A stretch of DNA of 34,992 bases from a virus (lineage: Duplodnaviria; Caudoviricetes), in the IMG/VR virus record IMGVR_UViG_3300032212_000097, positions 1 through 34,992 of that record; one strand, 5' to 3'. The notes below the pieces were generated by a model. That model worked only from the letters and a program-made list of their open reading frames with translations. It made no database searches and had not been told where the DNA came from. Positions 17,580 to 25,625 of this stretch are shown here, one piece after another (the stretch's first letter is position 1; each line of letters starts with the position of its first letter). Position numbers and translations under genes: made by a program.

Positions 17580-17754
17580 ACAAAGAATAGAAAAATTAGA
17601 AACAGAATTAAAAAATACAAAAACAGCCTTAGGCACATTAATTACTTGGTTAGGTCAGACTAGCGGTGGGTTAGGTGTCGGTGATTGCCAAGATTTATTA
17701 GACATGCTGAATAACGAATATGATTGGCAAGATAATGGCGGAGAAAACAAATGA
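17572..17754 (+). CDS. Hypothetical protein
   Basis: GGAG RBS; coupled. Confidence 0.65.
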   Translation: MTKQRIEKLETELKNTKTALGTLITWLGQTSGGLGVGDCQDLLDMLNNEYDWQDNGGENK

Positions 17755-18176
17755 CTGAACAAAAAGAAATGCCGGAATGGATTGATATAGATAATGCATG
17801 GTATCGAGGCACAAATCGTGTCGGAGTAACAACAAAATACATCCGCGCCGACCTCACCCAAGCCCCGACAAGTGAAGAGGTGCAGAGGTCTTTAAGGGCT
17901 TTTGACAACATAAAAAGAACATTTGAGGGCATGGTCAATAGTGGGATGATGTCGCACGAACTCATAGATTGGGAGTGGCTTGAAATAGTCCAAAAAGCCC
18001 TCACCGCGAACCAGTTACCAACACCGCAAAACGATACAGAGTTAAGAAGAATACAGGACTATGCAAGGGTTAATCATTGCCAGGCTGATCTTGTACAAAT
18101 TGATGTTGTTATTGGCGGATATCAGGCATGGGTGCGTGGAGAATTACCACAACCACCAAAGAAAGAGGGGGAATGA
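17751..18176 (+). CDS. Hypothetical protein
   Basis: GGAG RBS; MPEWI...YIRADL motif. Confidence 0.7.
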   Translation: MTEQKEMPEWIDIDNAWYRGTNRVGVTTKYIRADLTQAPTSEEVQRSLRAFDNIKRTFEGMVNSGMMSHELIDWEWLEIVQKALTANQLPTPQNDTELRRIQDYARVNHCQADLVQIDVVIGGYQAWVRGELPQPPKKEGE

Positions 18177-18565
18177 TGGACACAGCCGAAAGAATAAAAC
18201 GCATTGAAAAGAACAGGGAAAAGCTACGGGCGCTTCCACAGTTTCACGAAGATGTTACTTGGTTGATTGAGCGTGTGCAGGAATTGGAAAAAAGCTTTGA
18301 TCTGCGATGGGAAGCCGATATGCGAGCCATTAAAAAATGGCAGGAAGCAGGCGGAGACGAATTAACATGGCCTGATCATGCGGATTTGTGTGTTTGCTTG
18401 ATGGAACAGAATGACAAGAAAGGGACAGTGATAAACACCCTTTACAACGCTTTAGATCGTGCCTGTAACTGCATGTGTGCGAGAGAGCAAGACCTTGAGA
18501 CTATGAGAATAACCAACGAAGCCACTAAAGAGGTTTTGGACACCATAAAGGAGATTTTGAAGTGA
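18173..18565 (+). CDS. Hypothetical protein
   Basis: GAGGGG RBS; coupled. Confidence 0.7.
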   Translation: MMDTAERIKRIEKNREKLRALPQFHEDVTWLIERVQELEKSFDLRWEADMRAIKKWQEAGGDELTWPDHADLCVCLMEQNDKKGTVINTLYNALDRACNCMCAREQDLETMRITNEATKEVLDTIKEILK

Positions 18566-18738
18566 TGGGAGAAAATAGATACGGATGCAATATATCTTTC
18601 AAAGAACGTGGCTTTGAAATTGCAAAATTCCACGACGTGAAAAATGCAAAAATGTTTCTAAATGCATACTTAAAGAGACATGACGATAAGCACATAGATA
18701 TTTCACTTACAGGCAGGAACGGAGACATACCAAAATGA
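18565..18738 (+). CDS. Small hypothetical protein (57 aa)
   Basis: TGATG and ATGA overlaps with both neighbours. Confidence 0.6.
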   Translation: MGENRYGCNISFKERGFEIAKFHDVKNAKMFLNAYLKRHDDKHIDISLTGRNGDIPK

Positions 18739-18953
18739 GATACAAAGACCCAACAGACCCATACAAAACAGTAATCGCATTTATGTGTCTGTCCTTAGTC
18801 GGCTTTAGCGGCATGATGCTTGCAGGGGGCTTGCTGATCAATGACAGGCTGATCCGGATCGAGAAAACCATCAAGGCAGAGCGGCCGATTATTGCGCACC
18901 ACAAAGCGCGGAGTGAGCGGATTGTAGAGCTTACAGGGAAGAATGGGGGTTGA
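18735..18953 (+). CDS. Small membrane protein
   Basis: Single TM segment. Confidence 0.62.
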   Translation: MRYKDPTDPYKTVIAFMCLSLVGFSGMMLAGGLLINDRLIRIEKTIKAERPIIAHHKARSERIVELTGKNGG

Positions 18954-18954
18954 A

Positions 18955-19254
18955 ATGGCGAAAAAAGCACATTGGCAGACAGAAGAGCATGCACGTTGGT
19001 ATGATGAACAAATAAGACAAAAACAGCCGCGAGAAGTGAATATTTTTAATGTCGACAAGGCGCGAAGAGCTCTTGAACATTTTGGCAATATTCATGATTT
19101 CTACGGGACTGAAAAAGGGGATTCTGAATACATCCTAGACCTTGTTCGTAGCCTTTATATTTTAAAAGCGGGGCTTGATGCAGTAGAGGGAAACTTGCAA
19201 TTAGCAAAGACAAACAAGACACAAACAAAAACGGATGGAGAAACATATGAGTGA
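18955..19254 (+). CDS. Hypothetical protein
   Basis: ORF in operon with GGGGG RBS. Confidence 0.68.
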   Translation: MAKKAHWQTEEHARWYDEQIRQKQPREVNIFNVDKARRALEHFGNIHDFYGTEKGDSEYILDLVRSLYILKAGLDAVEGNLQLAKTNKTQTKTDGETYE

Positions 19255-19465
19255 TATGTTTTTGAGCGAAGATGAAATTGAATATATGACGAAATTTGTG
19301 CAACCACAAAAACAGGCCGAGCAGTTGAATAGACTGGGTATCATGCACAAAAGGCGAGCGGATGGAAGCATCCTTGTTTTGCGCTCTCACGTCATAAATG
19401 TTATGGGTGGGGGAGAAACTGTCACGCAAGAATCTACTTATGAACCAAATTGGAATGCTCTGTAA
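19247..19465 (+). CDS. xis: Excisionase-like protein (DUF4224-type)
   Basis: FLSEDEIEYMT...QPQKQAEQLNRLGI...RADG...VLRSH...EPNW; directly upstream of int. Confidence 0.75.
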   Translation: MSDMFLSEDEIEYMTKFVQPQKQAEQLNRLGIMHKRRADGSILVLRSHVINVMGGGETVTQESTYEPNWNAL

Positions 19466-20535
19466 TGGCACGAAAACGCAACCCAGAAAATAAAGGACTT
19501 CCTGCAAGGTGGCGCTATTCATATGGCGCATATCGGTATCAGGTGCCACCAGGTATGGAAAAATTCTGGGATGGAAAAAAGACATTTAAATTGGGGGAAA
19601 CGCTCGCAGAAGCTTACAAGGTTTGGGCTGATCGGGTAGGGTCGGCCACGCGAGATAGCAAAACAATTGGTGACTTGTTAGACCGTTATTGTTTGGAGGT
19701 TGTGCCTGAATTGGCTGCGAGCAATAGAGCGAACCTGAACAGAGGGGCAAATAATTTGCGTCGTGTTTTCGGGGAAATGCCTATAGATGCCATAACGCCC
19801 CAATACGTTTATCAATACGTAGATAAGAGAAAGAAAAAGAATGAAGATGGGACGGGAGGCTTGCGCGTTGCGAAGTTTGAAGCAAACCTTTTGCGGGACG
19901 TCTATTCAAAAGCTGTCGAATGGGGCTTGATAAAAAACCACCCGTTTAAAGGTGATGTACGAATAAAAGGAAATAAGCCGCGGACAAGATATGTGGAGGA
20001 TTGGGAATTTTTGGAGTGTATGTCACTGCAACCACCGAAACGGGCAAGGTCAGCGATTCCAGTAATACAGGCATATATGAGATTGAAGCTTTTAACAGGC
20101 TTGAGACTGGGGGATATGTTGCGTTTGAAAACGGCAGACATTACAGAGGAGGGGATAAAAGCGCGGCATAACAAGACAGGAAAAGACGCCCCTTTTAAAT
20201 GGACACCTGCATTGCGCGAGGCTGTAGATATAGCAATGTCTGTCAGGCCTGTTGATATTTCGCCGTTCCTGTTTTGTACCAGCCGGGGCAAGTCTTATAT
20301 CAACATCGAAACAGGCGATACGAGCGCATGGAAATCTATATGGCAGCGCTTCATGAAAAAGGCAATTGAAGAAACGGATTTGCAGGAAAAATTCACTGAC
20401 CACGACTTAAGGGCAAAGTGTGCGAGTGATGCAAAAACATTAGAACATGCACAAAAACTTTTGGGGCATGTTGATAGCCGAATTACTGACCGTGTTTACC
20501 GACGGAAAGTCGAATGGATTGATCCTTTAAAGTAG
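19465..20535 (+). CDS. int: Tyrosine integrase
   Basis: TGLRLGD (R), KT, HDLRAK, LLGH, VY catalytic residues. Confidence 0.93.
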   Translation: MARKRNPENKGLPARWRYSYGAYRYQVPPGMEKFWDGKKTFKLGETLAEAYKVWADRVGSATRDSKTIGDLLDRYCLEVVPELAASNRANLNRGANNLRRVFGEMPIDAITPQYVYQYVDKRKKKNEDGTGGLRVAKFEANLLRDVYSKAVEWGLIKNHPFKGDVRIKGNKPRTRYVEDWEFLECMSLQPPKRARSAIPVIQAYMRLKLLTGLRLGDMLRLKTADITEEGIKARHNKTGKDAPFKWTPALREAVDIAMSVRPVDISPFLFCTSRGKSYINIETGDTSAWKSIWQRFMKKAIEETDLQEKFTDHDLRAKCASDAKTLEHAQKLLGHVDSRITDRVYRRKVEWIDPLK

Positions 20536-20545
20536 TGGGGAAAAG

Positions 20546-20808
20546 CCTACTATTTAAAAAGTACGAACCCAGACAAAACCAAGGGTTTAAAAGGGTTAAA
20601 TAAAAATCCAATAGTAGGTTTTTAAAATTCATCACAATGATTTATAAGGAAAAAACGGGGTAAGCATCCTTGTCTACGGATCAGGAGGTTTGGGGTTCGA
20701 ATCCCTACAGGCGCGCCATTTTTCAAAGTAAAATCAAATATTTATAATGCGAAAAAGATGCTACGATAATTAGCATCCTACTATTGAAACACAATCCTAC
20801 TATTGAAA
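20546..20808. promoter_or_regulatory. Putative integrase arm-type sites flanking attP
   Basis: CCTACTATT at 20546, inverted copy at 20610, and ATCCTACTATTGAAA direct repeats at 20775 and 20794. Confidence 0.7.
20674..20718 (+). other. attP core: 3' half of tRNA-Arg(ACG)
   Basis: CTACGGA anticodon loop, TCAGG, GGGGTTCGAATCCC T-arm, TACAGGCGCGCCA end; no 5' half present. Confidence 0.88.
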
Positions 20809-20844
20809 TGGCAAAAATGGTGTTTTTTGGGGAGGGGAATTTGT

Positions 20845-21105
20845 CTACTTTTCAACTGCACATTGCGGCTTTTTTCCGCCTAAAATTCGGGCTTCATCTC
20901 TCAAAACACATTGGTCTTTCAGAAGCTCAGTTGATGCAGGTGCAACACCGCTTTCGACCTCTGCGGCCACTTGGTCAAGAAACTCTTGTGAATATTGTTT
21001 CACGATCGGTGCGGTTAGTTTGACGGTCTTCTTATTAGAAACGGCCGGAGCGCAGGCGCTCAATAAGAACACGGTTAGTGTCAGGGCGATTGGCAATAGC
21101 TTCAT
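20845..21105 (-). CDS. o-spanin (Rz1-like lipoprotein)
   Basis: MKLLPIALTLTVFLLSAC lipobox; overlaps the i-spanin 3' end. Confidence 0.75.
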   Translation of the reverse strand: MKLLPIALTLTVFLLSACAPAVSNKKTVKLTAPIVKQYSQEFLDQVAAEVESGVAPASTELLKDQCVLRDEARILGGKKPQCAVEK

Positions 21106-21277
21106 TTTGTTTCTCTCTAATTTTAAGTGCTAGATTCATGGATTTGTTTTGCACGGCTTGTTTACCTTGCGTGTATCCGTAAAGATACGTTCCGGCCAAA
21201 GCAACGCTTGCAATAAACGATACAATGGCGATCATCCGCCAGTTTCCGACGAACGTTGCAATTACTCTTCCTATCAT
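21035..21277 (-). CDS. i-spanin (Rz-like)
   Basis: N-terminal TM, YGY.QG, helical tail; follows the endolysin. Confidence 0.75.
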   Translation of the reverse strand: MIGRVIATFVGNWRMIAIVSFIASVALAGTYLYGYTQGKQAVQNKSMNLALKIREKQNEAIANRPDTNRVLIERLRSGRF

Positions 21278-21795
21278 ATGTTGTTATCCTTCAGCCATTT
21301 TGGAACGTTGAACGATGGGCAGTCCTTAGGTGAAAACTCATTGTGCCCGTGAATTGTTGCGTCTTTGTAATCCGCTTTTAATGTCCGCAAGAGGCGGCGC
21401 AATGTGGCAAATTGAAGCTTGGTAAAGTTGTTACGAGACTTGCCGTTCTTATCAATGCCACCGATCATGCAAATGCCGATACTTCCGCGGTTGTACCCTT
21501 TTGTGTGAGCTCCGGCGATACCCATAGGGCGGCCGTATTCAATTGAACCGTCACGACGTATTACGATGTGATAGCCAATATCAGTCCAGCCGTTACCGTT
21601 AACATGCCACCCTCGAATTACAGCAACGCCTATATCCATGCTTGGTTTTGTGGCCGAGCAATGAATAATGATTTTATCAATCTTCCGCGTCGTTACCTTC
21701 CGGGCTTTCTGCGGTGTCTTGTTTGGCGGCGGCTTGGTAGTAACCGAAGATGCCGAGCCCCGAAATCGTCGAAATATATCCCAAAAACGTGCCAC
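21274..21795 (-). CDS. Endolysin, N-acetylmuramoyl-L-alanine amidase (T7 lysozyme-like)
   Basis: IIIHCSAT...GW.DIGYH...GR...GAH...SIGIC..GG...GHNE..KDCPSF. Start codon uncertain. Confidence 0.92.
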   Translation of the reverse strand: MARFWDIFRRFRGSASSVTTKPPPNKTPQKARKVTTRKIDKIIIHCSATKPSMDIGVAVIRGWHVNGNGWTDIGYHIVIRRDGSIEYGRPMGIAGAHTKGYNRGSIGICMIGGIDKNGKSRNNFTKLQFATLRRLLRTLKADYKDATIHGHNEFSPKDCPSFNVPKWLKDNNI

Positions 21796-21934
21796 TTTTT
21801 GCCGCTCCCCATTCGTATGCTATTGAACAATATAAAATGATAAATCCCCATGCGATCGCGTAGACCAGAGCGAAGACCATGAGCCGACGTCTGTTGTGCA
21901 GGGGATCTTGTTTGTTTCGTTTAAAGCCAAACAT
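21677..21934 (-). CDS. Putative holin (2 TM)
   Basis: Basic N-terminus, two TM segments, acidic tail; upstream of and overlapping the endolysin. Confidence 0.65.
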   Translation of the reverse strand: MFGFKRNKQDPLHNRRRLMVFALVYAIAWGFIILYCSIAYEWGAAKSGTFLGYISTISGLGIFGYYQAAAKQDTAESPEGNDAED

Positions 21935-22287
21935 TACTTTTCTTCCTTGGCGATTAAATCAACCTCTATTTTCCGCAAGCGATCATCAATCTTGTTGAAT
22001 AGGTTATTGCGTCGCTCTAGCTCTCTCTCCATGAGCGTTAAACGGCTTTCATAGAGGCGCATTTCCGCATCAAAGTTGTTTCGTGTGAAGCGTGGTTGAT
22101 CTGTGAATCTTTCAACGCGCTTTTCAAGAGAAGTGAATTTTTCCGTTAAAATGGCGATGTTTGTGCTTTGTGATAAAACCGTGAAGCCCACCCAGCTGAT
22201 AAGACCCGCAATGATAACGGCGATAATGGTCTGGGCATGGCGTTCAAATACGTCAATGCTGTCTTTTGTTTCTTCCGTTTTTGACAT
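21934..22287 (-). CDS. Single-TM coiled-coil protein (lysis region)
   Basis: TM IIAVIIAGLISWVGF followed by a coiled coil. Confidence 0.7.
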   Translation of the reverse strand: MSKTEETKDSIDVFERHAQTIIAVIIAGLISWVGFTVLSQSTNIAILTEKFTSLEKRVERFTDQPRFTRNNFDAEMRLYESRLTLMERELERRNNLFNKIDDRLRKIEVDLIAKEEK

Positions 22288-22396
22288 TGAGCTTTTCCTC
22301 TTCCAATTCTTGTTGTTTTATTTTTGCAAGGGCAAGGTTGTTGTGATGCAGACAATTAACAATCCGCATTACCCTATCGTTTGGTTTGTGTTGCAT
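22253..22396 (-). CDS. Small hypothetical protein (47 aa)
   Basis: AGGAG RBS before ATG at 22396; MQHKPNDRV... Confidence 0.45.
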   Translation of the reverse strand: MQHKPNDRVMRIVNCLHHNNLALAKIKQQELEEEKLNVKNGRNKRQH

Positions 22397-22404
22397 GGTT
22401 TCTC

Positions 22405-23100
22405 CTAGATTAAGCCGGCGACTAAAAACATTACGAAATTTGCTACAGCTACTGAGATTGCACCGCCCACTCCGGCGAAGTATTCTCTTGCGGCCTCAGA
22501 CATAAGTGACCCCTTTTTATTGCCGTAAACCTGTTTGAATTTTGGTTTTAATCGGTGTCCGAGTTCATAGCCAAGCGGCATTAGAGCTGTAAAGACAAGG
22601 CCGCCAGCTGGTAATGAGATAAAGAAACCGCGAACCCCCATGTAAAGGCGGCAATATTGAACACTGCCAACTTTGATATTTGCTTTTTCTGCAAGAAAGA
22701 ACACCAAGGGGCGTAATTTGTTTTTTCTCTCAAAGCTTCGTTTTGGATTTTCTCCCCAATGCAGTGCGCCCCCAGGTCCCGACTGCAAAAAGATGTAGGA
22801 AATGCCAACAGACACGATCGAGGCGAGAGCGGAGAATAAAGTCACATGTAATTCGCTATGACCAAGGCCATTTAAAATATATTCCGTGACTTTATAGGGA
22901 AGGTATCCAAAAGGGAGACAGAAAAGCAATTCAGGAACCCACGTAAGGCCGATCGGCATAATGCCTTTCAAATCCTTCCCTTTATCGTCAGTCGCACCTT
23001 TTTTGTTTAATAAGTACGCTTTTAGACCGCCTCCGGCCATGCGAAGTGTTACGGCTCCATAGATGAGTAAGCCGAAAAGGATTAAAGTAAATTTTGTCAA
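22405..23100 (-). CDS. Multi-pass membrane protein
   Basis: Several hydrophobic segments; AAGGAG RBS; TTG start. Confidence 0.72.
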   Translation of the reverse strand: MTKFTLILFGLLIYGAVTLRMAGGGLKAYLLNKKGATDDKGKDLKGIMPIGLTWVPELLFCLPFGYLPYKVTEYILNGLGHSELHVTLFSALASIVSVGISYIFLQSGPGGALHWGENPKRSFERKNKLRPLVFFLAEKANIKVGSVQYCRLYMGVRGFFISLPAGGLVFTALMPLGYELGHRLKPKFKQVYGNKKGSLMSEAAREYFAGVGGAISVAVANFVMFLVAGLI

Positions 23101-23103
23101 TTT

Positions 23104-23421
23104 TTACTCCTTTGTTTTTGGGTATTTCGATTTAACTGACATACATTTAGCCGCAATGGATTTGAGTTCCTCAGGGACTTCGAATTCCGTCTCTGTGAAA
23201 ACCCATTTCATAATGGCGTCGAGTTGATCACCAAGGTTAGGATATTCAAGTGCGCGCTTTTCTTTATATGTGCGCGTATCCTCTATAGGAGGCGCTACGA
23301 ACGAACCATCCTTTTGACGAACCATACCGCAAACGACATCATCCGGCACCTTGCGGAAACCGCGGCCTTTATTGGGTTGCGTTTGTACAACCACGTTGTT
23401 TTTTGTTTTTGCGTATTTCAT
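23104..23421 (-). CDS. Putative tail-fibre assembly chaperone
   Basis: RALEYPNLGDQLDAI...VKSKYPK; TAATG-coupled to the fibre gene. Confidence 0.65.
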   Translation of the reverse strand: MKYAKTKNNVVVQTQPNKGRGFRKVPDDVVCGMVRQKDGSFVAPPIEDTRTYKEKRALEYPNLGDQLDAIMKWVFTETEFEVPEELKSIAAKCMSVKSKYPKTKE

Positions 23422-25565
23422 TATCCTACCTTCCAAATTCTGATTTCTGCATACACTTCCGTTACACCATTCGATGAAGCGTTACCAAAGTCCCAAGCGC
23501 CGCCGACATTGCTAAGATATTGTCTCAGTTCAATGTCCTTTTCAGCCCCTAGTGTGAATTTACCGCACACTTTAGATACGTGCGTGGTGCTGACACCTAC
23601 GTTGGTGTATATGTAGCCGCTTTGACCTCTTTCAATTTCAGTGCTGTCACTGACATTGTATAAGTACGCTGAATTGCTACCGCCTCTGTCGGTTGTAGAC
23701 GAAGCGTAATGGGGGCAAGAAGCTTCAAATTCATATGTTCCCGCAGGCAACGTAATTTGGTTTGAGGCCAAGCTTGCGCCTGTAATTTCGTTCGTAACGA
23801 CCGTGTTTAGTGTACGAGTGTTGGCACCAACAGAGCCTGTACCGCCAGCTGTTCCGCTTGTTTTCTGGTCTTGAATGTGCAGAAGTTCAGGGGCGCTTGA
23901 CGAACCAGCAAGAGGCGTACCGTCTGCTTTGGTGTATGACGTACAAATGAAATCACCAGAGGCGTATTCAGTGAAGCTTGCAACATCTCCGGCCGCTGTG
24001 GTGATATTTGCGCCAGTTGGCAAAATCAAATTAGTCGCGTGGTGCGTCAACGTTAATGCGCCGTCGAACTGCAACGTGATGCTTGTTCCGACCTGTCCAG
24101 TGGTGTTGATCGACGTAATCGTTGTTGTTCCAGTCACATCAAAAAAGTTACCGTCTGTGATGATTGGCAAGGCGGCCGCGCTTGCAACGTCTGCACCTTT
24201 GGAGTGTTGCATTTGGTGACCGTTCATGTAGAAGTCACCACCTGCCTCTGGGCTTGTGTCTTCAACGACATTGCTTAATGTTCCCACACCTGGGGCTCCA
24301 CGCGTACCGGACAAAGTTATTGTCCAATCTGCGAGCGTTCCGGATCCCCCAACGTTTGTAATATTCACAGTTAAAGACGTTCCAGAATAAGCGGTAACTT
24401 GACCATGCATATAATTTGTTGGGTCTGCATCACTTGTGATTAATAGCCATTTTCCAACCTCAAAAGATTTACTTGCTTGTGTCGTAAAGCCCTTTGATCC
24501 TGTTCCAATGGCCACACTCGTTGTTGATGTTCCAGTTAGAGCGGCGGCTGTTGCGGCCGCACTAGCCGCGGCGTTTGTTTCAGATGTTGACGCCGCACTT
24601 GCTGAAGATGATGCCGCACTTGCAGAGCTGGCGGCATTGGATTCAGATGTTGACGCCGCACTTGCAGAGGAAGAGGCCGCACTTGCACTGGATGAAGCAT
24701 TGCTTTCAGAGGTGCCCGCATTTGTTTCAGATGTGGCCGCGGCTGTTGCGCTTGCCGCCGCCGCATTTGCTGAAACATCGGCCGCGGCCGCAGAAGCAGA
24801 AGCCGCGTTAACTAAGGTCGAAGGTGCTGTAACAATAATATTGTTCGTGCCCGAACTTGGAGCCGTTGAAAAAGTCAAAGCCGTGCCGTTCACGGTGTAA
24901 TCGTTTGGTGATAAGAAACCAAAAACTCCTGTGCTTGTACGATCAATACTTTTTACCAAGATGTTATCGGTACCGGATGCAGGAGCGCTTGTGATTGTCA
25001 ATGTGGTGCCGCTTACCGTGTAATCAGTTGAGGGCAGGGGCTCAAAGCCTTCCGCTCCACCACTATCAACCAAAATCGACAAGTTTTTGCTATCCGTTCC
25101 CATGTCAGCAGATAGTGTAAAGGCTGTTGTTGAACCGTCGCCTGAAAACTCTTGCTCAAATGCCGCGACGCTATCTGCAATGAAGACCATCAAGGCTTTT
25201 TCATCCGTTCCCAAATCTTCAGAAAGAGTGAAGCCGGTAGTTGAGCCGTCACCGGAAAACGACTGTAGGAATGCAGAGCTTGCGGCCGCTGTTGCTGTAA
25301 ATGCGGTCACGTCGTCTGTTTCACGGATAAAAACGTCAGCTGAATCATACAGGCGAAATTTGTAAGAACCATTAATCCAGATTGTCGCACGGCCGGAGGC
25401 ATCCAAAATGATTGGGTTCGGGTGTTCGGTTGCTCCGCTCTCGTCGGTGTAGGTTGCTTTTTCGTTCAGCGTTGAAGCGGCATAGGTGTAAACCTTACCT
25501 CCGGCAAGAGGGTCGCCGTTAGCATCCAAGAACTGCAAAAAAGGAGGCGTCATTAATACAGGCAT
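23421..25565 (-). CDS. Tail fibre/spike (receptor-binding protein)
   Basis: N-terminal head-binding-like QFLDANGDPLAGGKVYTY...NPIILDASGR; SASAA stalk; beta-rich C-terminal domains. Confidence 0.85.
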   Translation of the reverse strand: MPVLMTPPFLQFLDANGDPLAGGKVYTYAASTLNEKATYTDESGATEHPNPIILDASGRATIWINGSYKFRLYDSADVFIRETDDVTAFTATAAASSAFLQSFSGDGSTTGFTLSEDLGTDEKALMVFIADSVAAFEQEFSGDGSTTAFTLSADMGTDSKNLSILVDSGGAEGFEPLPSTDYTVSGTTLTITSAPASGTDNILVKSIDRTSTGVFGFLSPNDYTVNGTALTFSTAPSSGTNNIIVTAPSTLVNAASASAAAADVSANAAAASATAAATSETNAGTSESNASSSASAASSSASAASTSESNAASSASAASSSASAASTSETNAAASAAATAAALTGTSTTSVAIGTGSKGFTTQASKSFEVGKWLLITSDADPTNYMHGQVTAYSGTSLTVNITNVGGSGTLADWTITLSGTRGAPGVGTLSNVVEDTSPEAGGDFYMNGHQMQHSKGADVASAAALPIITDGNFFDVTGTTTITSINTTGQVGTSITLQFDGALTLTHHATNLILPTGANITTAAGDVASFTEYASGDFICTSYTKADGTPLAGSSSAPELLHIQDQKTSGTAGGTGSVGANTRTLNTVVTNEITGASLASNQITLPAGTYEFEASCPHYASSTTDRGGSNSAYLYNVSDSTEIERGQSGYIYTNVGVSTTHVSKVCGKFTLGAEKDIELRQYLSNVGGAWDFGNASSNGVTEVYAEIRIWKVG
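24540..24810 (-). repeat. Ala/Ser coiled-coil repeats in the tail fibre
   Basis: SASAASSSASAASTSE units; TTCAGATGTTGACGCCGCACTTGC repeated 63 nt apart. Confidence 0.8.
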
Positions 25566-25578
25566 ATCTTTACTCCAT

Positions 25579-25602
25579 AAAAAAAGCCCCAATTAAGGGG
25601 CT
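25579..25602 (-). terminator. Terminator-like hairpin before the tail fibre RBS
   Basis: AGCCCC-UUAAUU-GGGGCU plus U-tract. Confidence 0.7.
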
Positions 25603-25625
25603 CGTGTGTTTGTTTGTGTTTGGTG

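Noticed and set aside
20655-20718. Full phage-encoded tRNA-Arg
   Set aside because: No 5' acceptor strand or D-arm pairs with the 3' half; it is an attP core only.
23421-25565. Diversity-generating retroelement or invertible tail-fibre cassette
   Set aside because: No reverse transcriptase, invertase or TR/VR repeat pair was seen.
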